Notes: generated by a model not told the origin, from the letters alone. A DNA stretch of 64,000 nucleotides from Phallusia mammillata (GCA_965637545.1 OZ281499.1:2542001-2606000); one strand, 5' to 3'; shown: positions 11,601 to 23,223, counted from the first letter of the stretch. Numbers and translations: made by a program.

Positions 11601-14056
11601 CATACAATTTTTTTATGTACACAATAAATTTTAAATTCTTCCAAAGCATCATAAGGGAATTATTACGTCATATTCGGCGAAGTATCTGCAAAGCAAACTT
11701 CTGTACCCAACGGTTGCAAAACGCTGATTTAGCAAAAACTAGTGAAAAATGTTGCTAAATTCTTTGAAGAATTGCGTTTTTTTCTTTGAATCAGTGTGTT
11801 GGTGAGGGCCACACTAAATAGCTTGGCGGGTCGGATTGTGGCCCGCGGGCCGCCTGTTGCACACCCCTGTTTCAGAATGTTTTAGAACAGTGAACTACTT
11901 CGAATTGCCCATCGTATTATGAAGTGAAGTAACAACAACAACGTTATTTTTTCACTTAACCTTCTTAAAATTACATGCGAAAACAAAATTTCGTATAATC
12001 GCATGTATGGTCTAAAATCTGGACGGATTTTCATCACATATGATAGGTCACAATTTCACAAGAAACTTACCTGTAAAATAACAGATGTAGTTGCGGCTTT
12101 GATATCTTTCGTTGTCCCATTTTTGATTCCACGATTTTATTTTGCTAACACATTTATCAATTCGAATATTAGCAGGTTGGCCAAACCGCCAATTGGTGTA
12201 GGTCAGGGGGCTTCCGTCATCCCATCTGTACAAATCCTTTCTGGCTCCATGCGTTGGGGAATATGCGCCTACAAACGAAGTCCTTGAAATTTACGTTAAA
12301 CTAAAGAAAAACGAGACATTTACACAGCTGGAAATACTCGTTGTCACGTTTAATTAAACGTTACAAACTCAATAGCTCTAACAGTCAGCATTTCACAGTT
12401 TATCTTTAATTATTGCGCCGTTCATCAATAGTTAGCAAATTTTGCCTGATGTCAGTTCTTTAGTTAGTAGAATGTCCCTCCTACCCCCAACAGTTTGTGT
12501 TGACTGAAGCTGCATTATCTACGTAAGATAAACTTCGTTTAATCAGGACCCATTTGGACCAACCAAAATTGTCCAAATTATGCGAAGATCCAGGTGAACT
12601 GAATCCAGGTTAACCGACGTTTAATGTGTTTACGAAATGTATTTGATTTTTTTAAAGTTTCGTATATGGATGTCCAAATTTTGTTATCAATTATTGTTTG
12701 CAACTTTTACCGGCTATTACCAGTATTTTAGAACCATAAGCCGGCTACTTAACAAATCTCTAAGCTTACCAATCCGTGCGGCATCAAATGCGGTATTTTG
12801 AAGAAGACAGTTAAGTATTTTTGTTTCCTTGGCATTTTCAACTTTTGCCAAACTACCGCCCCTCTGTTTGCACGCAGCTTTTCCTTCGGAGTAAATCTTT
12901 GTATCTTTAGAAACCACGTATATCTTCACAGCGTTATTTTCTGCAAAGGAAACATTTCAATCGTGGCAAGAAAATTCCAGTCTATACGTCTTGTTATATG
13001 GAATGCTTTATAACCGGTTGATTTGCTATAACGCCGTCAATAAGCCTGCGCGTAAATCAGTGGTGGAATTCGATTTTTTTGTCAGCCGGTTCTATCACCA
13101 AAGTCATATTTTTTCAGCCGGTTCTGTTACAAAAAGTTATATTTGTATTGACAGTAACCAGTAATGCTAACCGGTTCGCTGATTTCATAAAATTTCGTGG
13201 GACGGTTCTATAGAATCAGTGCGAACCGGCTGAATCCCACCACTGCCTATAATGATTTATAATGAACTGATGTAGTTACCTCCGCATGAGCTGGGATCTA
13301 CTTTTTGCAAACACTCATCGTACCTCGTTATTTCCTGAAGGTTGACATCTGTAATAAACAACATGGTTTAAAAACACCGTTATCACAGACTGAGAGTACC
13401 AATGTGGCATTCTTAGTTTATTGATAGAAGATTTGTAAAAAACTTTCATATTGTACGTCACCGCTGTGACACTAAACGCCGCGTGTCATCACATGGAAAC
13501 GCGGTTTCAAAGAACATATACATGTTGCGAAAATTATTTTTTTCCGAACTTTTAATAACATTATATTCTACAGTTTATAGAGCTCTTCTGGTAAAATGTA
13601 TTTTTATTCTTTTCCCTTTGTTTACGCATTCAGTGTTATCTGATGAAGGCGATCTGTATAGGACGTCGAAACGTCGGAATAAAAATACCATTGCCAGAAG
13701 AGCTGTATAAACTTATTATTATGCCTGGCAGCAATAGCTTATGTGTTGTATTCTGAACTCAGGTGCTCTTTTTTCAAGCTTACTTTATCATGCGATTAAC
13801 CTTAAGGTGTTCAGTAATTTAACATCCCATGTAATAGTAGCGTTATCCAAATTTCAGCGCGTTTTTATGTATGTACCGAGATATCAGTTAAGCAAAGCAT
13901 TTAAGGCGCAATTATATCGTTTCAAAAACCTTTTCTGCATGACCACAAACCTGACAAGTGAAAAATCGTCGCTAGAATGTAAGTCTTGTCAGATGTCTTC
14001 AGGCTTTTTACAGCAGAAACGCTTAGCAGCAAAAACGCTACCATCCAAACCGCCAT
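2667..14056 (-). CDS. Adhesion GPCR (C-type lectin - HRM - GAIN/GPS - 7TM), about 795 aa
   Basis: Phase-compatible exons: 14056-13951 (putative signal peptide, least certain), 13348-13280, 12940-12770, 12268-12071 (CTLD), 10673-10572, 10138-10032 (HRM-like Cys), 9375-9238, 8608-8426, 8009-7806, 7217-7143 (GAIN), 6861-6718 (GPS: CVFWDYANQLWSSKGC...CLCNHLTSFALLV), 5794-5688, 5334-5127 (FLHYFLLTSWCWM), 4673-4562, 4315-4164 (CWIKG...LVNMFFF), 3505-3335, 2807-2667 (GILIFLVTCVRHGDVRRFW...stop). Confidence 0.9.
3965..4004 (+). ncRNA. Minimal type I hammerhead ribozyme motif (family C)
   Basis: AUCA-CUGAUGA-U-GGCA[ugagcauu]UGCC-GAAA-CGUU^UGA. Stem I is AUC.A/UGA, stem III is the palindromic ACGU, and cleavage is predicted after 4000. 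A homologous copy lies at about 63405-63540. Confidence 0.65.
4799..4872 (-). pseudogene. tRNA-like cloverleaf (tRNA pseudogene or tRNA-derived SINE head)
   Basis: Reverse complement GCCTTTG-TA-GCTC..GAGC-GAGTC CCCAAAA GACTC-CTGTC-GTGGG TTTAAAT CCCAC-CGCAGGC-T, followed by GGATTTTT. The A box is intact, the T loop is TTTA instead of TTCG, and the anticodon loop CC-CAA-AA is non-canonical. Confidence 0.6.
5985..6168 (+). mobile_element. Hammerhead-terminated retroelement (retrozyme/Penelope-like), family A copy 1
   Basis: GCUGCA-CUGAUGA-GAC[uuuauag]GUU-GAAA-CAGU[cugc]AUUG-UC^UACAGC, with cleavage predicted after 6162. About 130 bp upstream is homologous to copy 2. Confidence 0.85.
6168..6383. 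mobile_element. hAT/Charlie-type MITE family 2 (TIR CAGTGGTTCTCAAAC)
   Basis: TIRs plus perfect TSD gtctacag. It is the reverse-complement homolog of 10253-10469. Confidence 0.9.
6487..6675 (+). mobile_element. Hammerhead retroelement family A copy 2 (core mutated)
   Basis: GCUGUA-CUGAUGA-GACC..GGUU-AAAA-CAGUGUGCACUG-CC^UGUAGC. Stem I is perfect, but G12 is changed to A and the GUC triplet to GCC. Confidence 0.85.
7441..7713 (-). mobile_element. tRNA-derived SINE
   Basis: Reverse-complement homolog of 14720-15014, with a B-box-like GGGTTCTAACCC and a shared CCCTGA.CAA.AAACT.AAG core. Confidence 0.75.
8656..8840. mobile_element. hAT-type MITE family 1, copy 2
   Basis: Same body. Near-TSD ggtgcagg/gttgcagg. 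Confidence 0.8.
10253..10469. mobile_element. hAT/Charlie-type MITE family 2
   Basis: TIRs and TSD acatagac/atatagac. Confidence 0.9.
10713..11085. repeat. 84-bp tandem array (about 4.4 units) derived from a pogo/Tigger-like MITE
   Basis: GTCCGAA recurs at 10716, 10800, 10885, 10969 and 11053. The array ends in the TIR CCGAGGTTTACTA. Confidence 0.9.
11539..11869. mobile_element. hAT-type MITE (TIR CAGGGGTGTGCAAC)
   Basis: TIRs and a degenerate TSD ttaaagaa/tttcagaa. Confidence 0.8.
12528..12626. mobile_element. pogo/Tigger-like MITE remnant (short form)
   Basis: Homologous to 15612-15810 and to the reverse complement of 26114-26210. Confidence 0.6.
13058..13245. mobile_element. hAT-type MITE family 1, copy 3
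   Basis: CAGTGGTGGAATTC...GAATCCCACCACTG. TSD is degenerate. Confidence 0.8.
13572..13713 (+). ncRNA. Minimal hammerhead (family B) enclosed in a roughly 38-bp inverted repeat
   Basis: CUGAUGA (13640-13646)-A-GGCG[..]CGUC-GAAA-CGUC^ (after 13675), followed by AATAAA. Arms 13572-13609 and 13677-13713 are inverted repeats. Confidence 0.8.
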
Positions 14057-14371
14057 TCTTTGTTGCACTAAACAAGGTGCGGCCAAACATACAACTTTGT
14101 AAGCAACCAAACCACAAGAAAGGACACTCATAAAAGAGATCAACTAACGTGGTTACGGAAATAACCCATGTATGTGTTACCTGCTCCTGGGCGACTTTTC
14201 CTGCTAACATAAGCGGAAGCAGATTATAACGTCACAAAAGACGTGTATTGTTTGTGTTTCTTACTTTACATCATTACAACACATATATTGATGTTCCTTG
14301 TATTATGGACAGTGTAGCGTGTTTGTACATGTACATTGGTGACTCTCATTTGAAAAAGATAATAACAATTG

Positions 14372-14545
14372 TACGGTGTAGCTGCAGCGCGTTTAATTAA
14401 TATTCCACCAATTGTGCCCACCACTGTTTTGCGCCCCATAACGTCTTAACGTTGCGCAGCTATTTCTGGGTTGGTGATTGTTCAGTGCAATTGTGTCGCT
14501 ATGTGTTCTTTCACCAAGCGAAATAAACTCAATTCAACTAAAAAA
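14372..14545 (+). repeat. Interspersed repeat homologous to about 573-725
   Basis: Both share TACGGTGTAGCTGCAGCGC...TTTTGCGCCCCATA...AAACTCAATTCAACTA. Confidence 0.7.
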
Positions 14546-14719
14546 CATTTTATTTCTATTTATCGTTACAAAGTGACACGCGTTCTCAAAAATCCCAACA
14601 CGCAAGTTTATTTTAGGCGGTTAAAACTTGTGCTAAAACCCACACAGTTCTGCAAATTGCCAACACTGGCTAATAATCTGCTGCGAGGTTGTCCTTATGG
14701 GTAATAATATAAACTTACT

Positions 14720-15014
14720 TGTAGCCAAGTTGGCCAAGTTAGCGCAGCAGCCTTATGATCACAAGGTCATGGGTTCTAATTCTATCTCCGTCGCTTGTGT
14801 TTCCCTGAACAAGAAACTTAAGCGGCATTGCTCCAACGCAGTGGTTCCCGATGGGCGGAACTTAATTGAAGTCACTGACTGTCAAAAACAAAAAAAATTA
14901 AATAAAATATAACTCAGCGGACTTGCAATAAAACAGGCAGCTCGAGGGTCTCATTGTGAGCATAACACATTCAGGGGTTGCCTGCCCACCGAGGATAAAA
15001 ATTAAACAAACAAA
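14720..15014 (+). mobile_element. tRNA-derived SINE
   Basis: A box TAGCCAAGTTGG, B-box-like GGGTTCTAATTC, internal A-rich linker and a (AAAC)n-like tail. Second copy at 7441-7713. Confidence 0.75.
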
Positions 15015-15611
15015 CCTACAGTATCATTCAGTACAGCGGGAGGCAAGCAGATAGAAACATTTTTTTGCGTCTTTACAACGCTACTTCGGCAATGCAGTGT
15101 TTTTGTTCAACAACATCGCTTTGTCTTTTACAGAAGTTATTCCCAAAGCAGGTATTCATTCCGCAAAGGAGTTATAAGTGAGCAGTCCAAAGTCACACCA
15201 GAAGCGTTCATTTAGTCCCTGCACAACATATACATACAGTTTTGACGACCTGGCATGGCATGGTATTGACAAAAATAGTAATGATCTACTTTATGTAATC
15301 CTGTAGATCTTGTTTTCGCATTATAGTTGTTTCGTTTTCACATTTTACACCATGCCTTGTTTCAGACATGGTGGTTACCGTTATGTTCTTACACCATAAC
15401 ATGGATGTCACCTTCATGCCCTTCCACCTGAGTTAAATTTCTGACAGCTTCCACACGTTTATTGCTTTTTTTGTGTAAACCACCTTTTGACTGCCACATC
15501 TATTTTGGACAGCCAGCATCTCAACAAAATATATTTCAACGTTAAATTGCATTTTAGGCAGTAAGGGATTTAACCACTGATTTTGCACATTGTAAATATA
15601 TAATTCAGGAC

Positions 15612-15810
15612 CAGTGAACTAAAATACACCAAACCTCAGTTAATGTGGACCCATTTAAAGCAAAAATTTGTCTTATATAGGCCAAGATCCAGATTAACTG
15701 ATGTCGCTTAGTTGAAGCCTTACCAAATTACAAATCATTTGTACCTTAAGTTTTGTCCAAATTAGGTGAGAATATGGATTAACCAAATCCGGTTTAACGG
15801 AGGTTTACTG
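15612..15810. mobile_element. pogo/Tigger-like MITE with one full 84-bp internal unit
   Basis: CAGTGAAC...GGAGGTTTACTG termini. The internal unit matches the 10713 array. Confidence 0.7.
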
Positions 15811-16174
15811 AAAAAGACATTAAAAGTACAAGGTAGAATTCAACAAGTCTTTCAAACACTCACATACACAAACAATAGAAACTGAAACTTGTTTACTTTT
15901 TTATGTAGAAAGTGTATATAAAATATATTATAGATTTCTGGCTGTTTTGTAAATGTTAATTTAAGAAAATCATAAAGTAAATCATGAGTCAAACTGTAAA
16001 GTCACCATGTCCAATTTGAACCCAACAGGTTATACAAAATCACCTAAAACTTTTAATATTTTGCCCAAAAACCGTAATATAATAATCATATCACTTCAAG
16101 AATAATATTGAAAATATTATTATTAAAACAAATATATGTATAAATGCTATTGATGCCAGGCATAATATATGTGC

Positions 16175-16247
16175 AGTCTATAGGGCTCTTCTGGCAATTG
16201 TATTTGTATCATATACATTGTATACTGCAAGAAGAGCTCTAAAAACT
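16175..16247. repeat. Inverted repeat of the same family as the 13572 arms, without a hammerhead
   Basis: AGTCTATAGGGCTCTTCTGGCA...TGCAAGAAGAGCTCTAAAAACT. Confidence 0.6.
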
Positions 16248-17773
16248 CAAAAACAATGTGTAGCTGAAATTTACAAGGATTTTGAAAATATAAAGCTCTT
16301 CTGTATTTCTAAAATAATTGGGCTTCCAGAAATTGTTAAATTGGGCTTTCTTTGTTTTTAAAGAAACAGGAACAAAAACTAATTTTAAATTACATTATCT
16401 ACTAGTGCTAAAACTTGCCAGCAGTTGATGTCAAGGCTTATGTTGTTAGTACTGGCATGTTAAGTACTGGCATTAGTATAGAAACTACCAAGAATTAGTG
16501 TTAAAACTAAAATGTAAAAACTCTTAAATGAACAAATCATGAAAAAACAAGAATGGCACAAAAGAGTCAAATATAACAGTTCAATAACAATAAGACCATA
16601 AAGCATTAATCTTTGTGTAATATGAACAGCATCAAAATTATCAATAGTGTCTTAAAGTGAGGTCCAAATCAGGGACGGGAAACTCATGGCAAGGGCCATA
16701 TCTGCACACACTTGATTATTTAATGTGGGGGCAGATCAGTCTGTACAGTTCAAGTTCGGCAGCTGCATGAGTAATTTTTTTCATTTTTTACAGCCATTTT
16801 TAGTACTGTCCAGGGAAATTTAGGAATAAGTCCTGTCTGGTCCATTATCATCTGTATGGTGCCCCTAAAAATGGTCCTGCAGGCCTCAGAAATTATCAGG
16901 AACTGTTATATTCTGCAGACAGGGAGAGAGTATTTTTTGCATATATTTACACATAATCACATGCTATCAAAAGCAAAAACATTAGTTGTTATGTTTTAAA
17001 TTTGTTTGAGACAGTATAGCAATTACTTGGCGTTGGCAACCTACTTTCAATTCAATCTCCATTTGTATTATAAAGTCAAAACGTTTTTATAAAGTATTTT
17101 TATTCTGTATTTAAAAATCAAGTTTTATTAGGCCTGTGAAACGTAAAAGCAAAATAAACTAACCAGTAACCACATAATAAACCAAAAATTACCATTTAGC
17201 ATCCATGTTTTTATAAAGCGATTGGGCGCTGGCTTCTCTCTGGTGTTTTTATTTGGAACGTACAAGCTTCATGCAGGCATACAGCTTAATGTACAGCAAA
17301 TCCCATTTACATAACAATGTCTTTGTTTCGCTAAAATCAAAGAACTCTATAACAGTGTTCTTTGCAGTGTTCGTTATAGTGTTCTTTGCTAAAATGGTCA
17401 TCACATTCATAGCTACTTAATTCCTGACACAGGCCGTTAGATTGTAGTTTTTGTTTAGTTTGGTAAAACAAAAAAAAGTTTTAGCGATTTTATACTTTCG
17501 CGCAATTTCCACGCATGATTGGTTTTCTAGCAATACACTTTCAATCGAAACAAAAGTCGTTGCCATAAAAAAGCTTTTGTGAAAATCGTTAAAAAAGAGT
17601 ATGTACTGTGTAACTAAACAGTTAAAATGCAAATGACACCAACAAGCAAGTTTTCATAGCTGCACAATATGACAATTTTAAATCAGATAATAAAATCAAA
17701 AGCAAGTAAAGTAAATATAGATCTGATAAGTGTCTGTTGTTGCCAAATGGAGGTGTAGTCATTAGTTTATTCG

Positions 17774-20700
17774 CTATTGCAATCGAGGAGGTCCATCCAG
17801 TCTAAACGGAAATCCTGCAGAGAAAACAGATTTGTGTGAGATTTAAAAGATAACATATTGCTGCGTTACACGATTTGTGACAGTAGCATGACAATAAATA
17901 GTCTAGCGCAGGCCTGTCAAACTCGCGGCCAGCGAAGCCCCCCAATGCGGCCCACGAACAGTCAACCACAATTGTAGTATTTTGTCAGATTTTTATCTAA
18001 TATAATAAATTTTTCTAACTGTTTAAAGTGAAACCTATTATTTAAACAGACGTTTACCAAAATTTAATTTATATGTACAAATTCATATGTTATAAATAAA
18101 AACGATAGTAATTAAACCGTTCCTCAAAGTTTCAGTCAAGGGTGTGCAACCTGCGACCGTACGTTCAAATTTAAATATATGTACTGGTGGCCGTGATGTA
18201 ATTAAAACTCCTTTGCCAAAACTTTTGATTTTCAAACTGCCCGAAACAAATTTTGTGTTACTGAAAAGAGATCACCAGCTTAGCAGCCATATGCGTCAGA
18301 CTTTTTGCAGCCTTTTGTGTGCAAACTATGCGAAAAAACAGGTACGAAAGCGTCACAATATAGATTATGACGTAATAAACAGTTAAAACTGATCTTCACA
18401 TTCTGTAGCTCAAACTATGCATCAAGTTGAAAAATAATCTGGGCTTATGGGGCGTCAATAGATTGCATATGAATGATACAAACCTTTTTTCTACATCCGT
18501 AATTTTAAAACAAAAACCAGCAGATATATGGCGGCTGTTGGTGAAATAAGGATCTGCAATGCTTCCGTCAGAGCGAAAAGGTTGTTTAAGTGTATAAAAC
18601 TAGATTAAAAATCACATGCGGCCCTCGGCATAATTTCCAAACTGCAATGTGACCCCCCCACCCCACGAGTTTGACACCCCTGGTCTAGCGTACTTTGACG
18701 CAAAAAAATCCGAGAGAAAATTGCCTACAGCAAACGTATTACTTATAATTTTTAATTTATCGCAGAATTGGACATTACTTAAATCATCGAGGCAAGGCCG
18801 GTTCCCGCCGCAAGGTTCACTTTGTACGGAAGCTCCAGTGCAGGTCTTACTCAGACCCGAACAAACCCGTGTCCTTGTTCGAAACCTTGGGCAAATGCTA
18901 CTGCAAGACGACCAGCTTTTCCAAGACAACCAACTTCCATCTGCGCTCATTTAAAACCAAATGTTTTAATAAAAAGTTGGCACAAAAGCTTGGAGTTTGT
19001 CTGTTTGTGGTGAGTTCGGGTCTGAGTATACATGCCAGCCCTCTAATATAACACTTTATTGTTCTACGATTTGACGGGGTACCAGTCGCAGCTGTAAGTC
19101 AGGCAGTGTTTTTCGGGTCAGATTAAGGCTTAAGGTTTTCGTAAAAGCGAGCCAAATTTGGGAGAGTTCTACATATGCCACATTTGCATCGTAAATATTT
19201 TTCCTTTTTACAAATTTCATGTCTAATTTCAAGTTTTAAAAAGGTCTGGCCTTTAACTTGGGCCCACTTAGCCTTTAATTCTGTTACAACTATTACCTAG
19301 ACAACACATTTTTATGGCTACTTTGTATGACGCACGTAACCTATCCGTGATATTAGCTGTAAAGATGACGTGTTTTTTAAATGTCATGTCAAAAGTGCAA
19401 TTAAATCTTTAGCAACAACGTTGTTTTAATACTATAAGCAGGGTTGCCATACCGTCCTTATTTCTAAGATTTGTCCTTATTTTGAAAGGCTATGTCTTAG
19501 AAAAGTTTATTGTCCTTATTTCTAAGAATTGTCCTTATTTTTGAGTCCTTCTTTTGTGTTATTTTCAACAATTACCGGTAAAATTTCTGCTACAAATGAA
19601 AGTAAACCTAGACCTGAGCTGTTGTGAGATGCACGAAGTATTTTCCACGAACAAGAAGTGACTGAAACAGATTGTTTCTGCCCAAATATTGCATATGATA
19701 TGCCACGGCACGTAAAAATGCAAAGATTTGTTCAAAAACGTTTGTTTTGTTTCGTATGAAAATTTAATTTTTCGGTTGTCCTTATTTTTGGTTTCAAGTC
19801 GATGGCAACCCTGACTATAAGGCTCGACGTGGAATATTTGCAACACCAACCACGTGGAGGCATTGCACCTTTAACGTTTTGTTTGCTTATATTCAAGCCA
19901 GACTAATAGACAGCAAACAAGTTGGTTAAAAAACTAAAGTGTTTTTGATAAACAAGTATCCAACAGTTCGAGTTGTAAGAATCAGTTCTGAGTTGGTCAT
20001 GTGCCCTATTTTACAAATATCCAATGAAATTTGGGATACTTACACACTGTTTTCTCCAAACGATCCAGACGAGCTGCAAATTAAATGTACCATAATCAGT
20101 TTTCAGCAAGATTATTTGTAAGTAAAATGCAAACCTACATTTAATTGCCTTCAGCTGACTGGCATCCACAACTCCAGTAGCACCCTTGGATCCAGGCGGA
20201 CCCTTGGGTCCAAGAGCGCCCTTAATGCCCCGGGGGCCCACAGGACCTTGCGAACCTTTTGCTCCACGAGATCCTGTGGCACCTTTGCTCCCAACGCCTC
20301 CCTGCGATCCACGTTGACCTTTCTGACCTTTTGTGCCTTGCGCACCAGAACCTCCAGTACTTCCGCGGCTGCCCTTGCTTCCAGCTTGACCTTTTGGTCC
20401 AATTGGTCCCTTTCCGCCTTGAGCTCCACGCGCACCTTTAGAACCTTGCGAACCTCTGGCTCCAGCCGCACCTTTGGTACCCACTGCATTTACCCCAGGG
20501 GGTCCAGTTGATCCAAGCTGGCCCTTTTCGCCTTTCTTGCCATCTGGTCCTTTTGGGCCTGCAGCACCAGTTTCCCCTTTAATTCCTTGGGCTCCGGGTT
20601 CACCTTTTGACCCCGACTCCCCTGCTGGGCCCATTTTTCCTGGAAGGCCCCTTTGTTTAGGTTCACCCTGGTGGCTTGGGTTAAAATTACGAATCATAAA

Positions 20701-20817
20701 ACTGTCGACGTTTTTTGAGCCAACTGTGCAAGTAAGGAAATTGTCCGGTTCTTGACCTGAAGTTGATTGACAGAGATACAAAAGAAGAAAGGGCAAAGTG
20801 ATCCAAAAGAGCCGCAT
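17774..20817 (-). CDS. Secreted collagen - coiled-coil neck - thrombospondin type 1 (TSP1) protein
   Basis: Exon 20817-20139 holds the signal peptide MRLFWITLPFLLLYLCQSTSG and about 50 Gly-X-Y triplets. It is followed by 20073-20044 (SRLDRLEKTV), 18940-18779 (GSWLSWKSWSSCSSICPRFRTRTRVC...SEPC, TSP1) and 17814-17774 (RFPFRLDGPPRLQ stop). AATAAA is at 17771-17766. All introns are phase 1. An extra exon between 20044 and 18940 cannot be excluded. Confidence 0.8.
17909..18682. mobile_element. Non-autonomous hAT element (774 bp)
   Basis: TIR CAGGCCTGTCAAACTC / GAGTTTGACACCCCTG with perfect TSD gtctagcg. Confidence 0.9.
19439..19813. mobile_element. hAT-type MITE (TIR CAGGGTTGCCA)
   Basis: Perfect TSD actataag and subterminal GTCCTTATT repeats. 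Confidence 0.9.
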
Positions 20818-21159
20818 CTTTTCAAAATCCATTGTTAAAACAGTTGCCAAGTTACCAACTACGTTAGCTATAGGTATCGGGGGGCAAAAACAATTAAATA
20901 TCACAAATAATGAACCAACAAGAAAAGTTGAAAATACTAAAGCAATCTTTATTTTTTTACTTCGGCGCCGTAGGGCAAAGAAGGTAAAAAGTTGTCCACA
21001 AAAAGATCAAAATCGCAAAATAAAGGTCATGCAGCTTTACACCTTTTAAACAAAAAACTGTTCCTTTACATAAATCTTCCTGAACCAAAACGTGTGCTCA
21101 ATATACAGACGATTTAAGTTACGGATAATCATAGTAAACTAAAACAAATAGAATGTGTC

Positions 21160-21207
21160 TGAATAAGACCTGAGGATGCCATTATATCGACGAAATCCAT
21201 ATTATTT
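21160..21207 (+). ncRNA. Degenerate hammerhead motif
   Basis: AAUAAGAC-CUGAGGA-U-GCC[..]GAC-GAAA-UCC-AUAUUAUU. Core spacing is kept, but stem III and the cleavage site have decayed. Confidence 0.35.
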
Positions 21208-23223
21208 ATGTTGCATTGCAAAACGAAAAACACAGACCGAGTCTGTGGTACTAAAGGTTTGAGTTTGCTACCTTTTTAACTAATGGGTCTTGAACTGGTT
21301 GAGAGGTGTGAGACATTTATCGCGAACGCGCTACAAACATAATTAGACGTTCATTTAGCACAAGTTGTCTGTATACTTTGTTGTGCACCGAACACGCTTG
21401 CATTGAGTTAACAAGTAATTCTATTTCGCAAGTAATTCTTGGCCCATTGTTAGATTGCAGAAAATAACAAACTGATAATTAATGGAGTCTCTTCCTGGCA
21501 CTAGTGCTAGAGCTGTATCAAAGTATTTTAGCGGGCCACTGTTTAATTAAAAATTTCAAACCTCTAATAACTATCTTTTCTCTGCAAAAGGCTTAACTCC
21601 ATTTTTTCTCGTTCTACAACTTAGCAGATAAAGTACACAACTAAAACATATAAAAATTTTAAGCAAACCCAGCCGTATCAAACGCCTTTTCAACTACTTG
21701 CAACGTGAAAAGCCAAGTTAAACCGAAAAAGACCTAAAGGCGTATGATTCATAATTGGTGGCCTTCGGCAATTTTGCCAAGTTTTTACAGCTGTGTAAAA
21801 CGTGGCGAAATATTTGTATCATAATTTATAAAAGCCAACTGCAAACAACGTTTGGAAGTTATTTAGCAAAAAATGAAATTTAAAATATTTCAACCAGCGG
21901 AGCAGCTAATAAGATTTTTTTTTTCGTTTTCTTGAACAGTTTTTTTTTCTGTTTGTGTTTAAACCTCGTGAATTACCCTTTTGACAAAACCCACGAGAGA
22001 ATACATCTTTTTGGGGCCTTAAAACATGTTTTTACACAATTTTGTTAAACTTATTCGGATTGCTGTTATGCTGTGCTGTGTTAAAACATTGTCAAAAAAT
22101 ACAACAGAAACGAGGTTTGTGTATTCAATATACTTTGCTTGGTACAGGCAGTGCAGTCCATTTCCTAAGGCAAATCTTGCCAGTAGGTGTCTCGCAAGAG
22201 TAAAAATTTACCCAATTCCCTCATGGAAAGATTCCACTTCGTACATCTGCTACATCTTGCTTAGCAGGGTTTTAAAAGATCGCACATACAAAGAATCAAT
22301 TGGTTTTAGATAAGAAACCGTGTGAATTGCTTATCTTGCATTGGGCAATACGGTTTTGTTTTATTTAGTTTTCCGTTCCTTAAACAAGACATTAACTTGA
22401 TTTGTATTTGTGTCTGCTTTGAAAAATATTCAGTCAAGTTGGTGAAACAAGACATAGTGACATAATTAAACTAAAACAATCACCAAGTCGGAAATAGCTG
22501 CGCAACGTTGAAACGTTATGGAGCGCAAAACAGTAAAGGTCACAAGAGAGTGAAATGGTACAATTACCATACGTGTTATAAACAGCAGTTGATGGTATGT
22601 ATTTTTCTTTTTTCATACGTTGTCAACCCAGCAAGCAAAATAAAAACGTTTAACTCCTTAATAAACATGTTTTGAAAAAATACCACGGTTTTGCCGCATC
22701 AGAAAAACGACCAAACGGAAAAAACGAGCATTTTACGACCCACTAGCAATTAACCTGAACGAGTAAAAACCTCATGACGAATCGCATATAATTATGTTGT
22801 TTTTAACAGAACAATTAAGTACATTCGGAAAATTCCTTTTTGCTGTGAAACATTTCATCATAAAACGAAGCATGACATGATGAAAAATTTCGCAAAATCG
22901 AATTAAGAATTCGTTTTGATAAAATCTAAAGATTAAAGTTCTCTCGATTTGCTTTAGTAAGTTTGCGAAAGAATAGATCTATTCGAGTGCATATAACCGT
23001 GATAAACTTGTTTTACGCGACTGATCACACCGTACGAAAAAGCAACAAGCTTGCAGTAAGTTACAAGCAGTTATAAGTGCTGTTTACACCATTATTAAGG
23101 CCTTAAGGCATAGCATGTATAAATGGCTGTGAAATTATTTATATTTATATTATTTATATTCAGCGTTTTTTTATGGCAGTCATGCGAGTTTGTGCAGTTA
23201 TATTATCTAGCGAGCAGCAAGAC

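Noticed and set aside
12269-12284. Apparent frameshift or stop in the CTLD suggesting the GPCR is a pseudogene
   Set aside because: Using the acceptor TTTGTAG at 12270/12269 gives an open, in-phase exon.
20248-20755. Plus-strand Pro-rich ORFs
   Set aside because: They are antisense shadows of the collagen exon.
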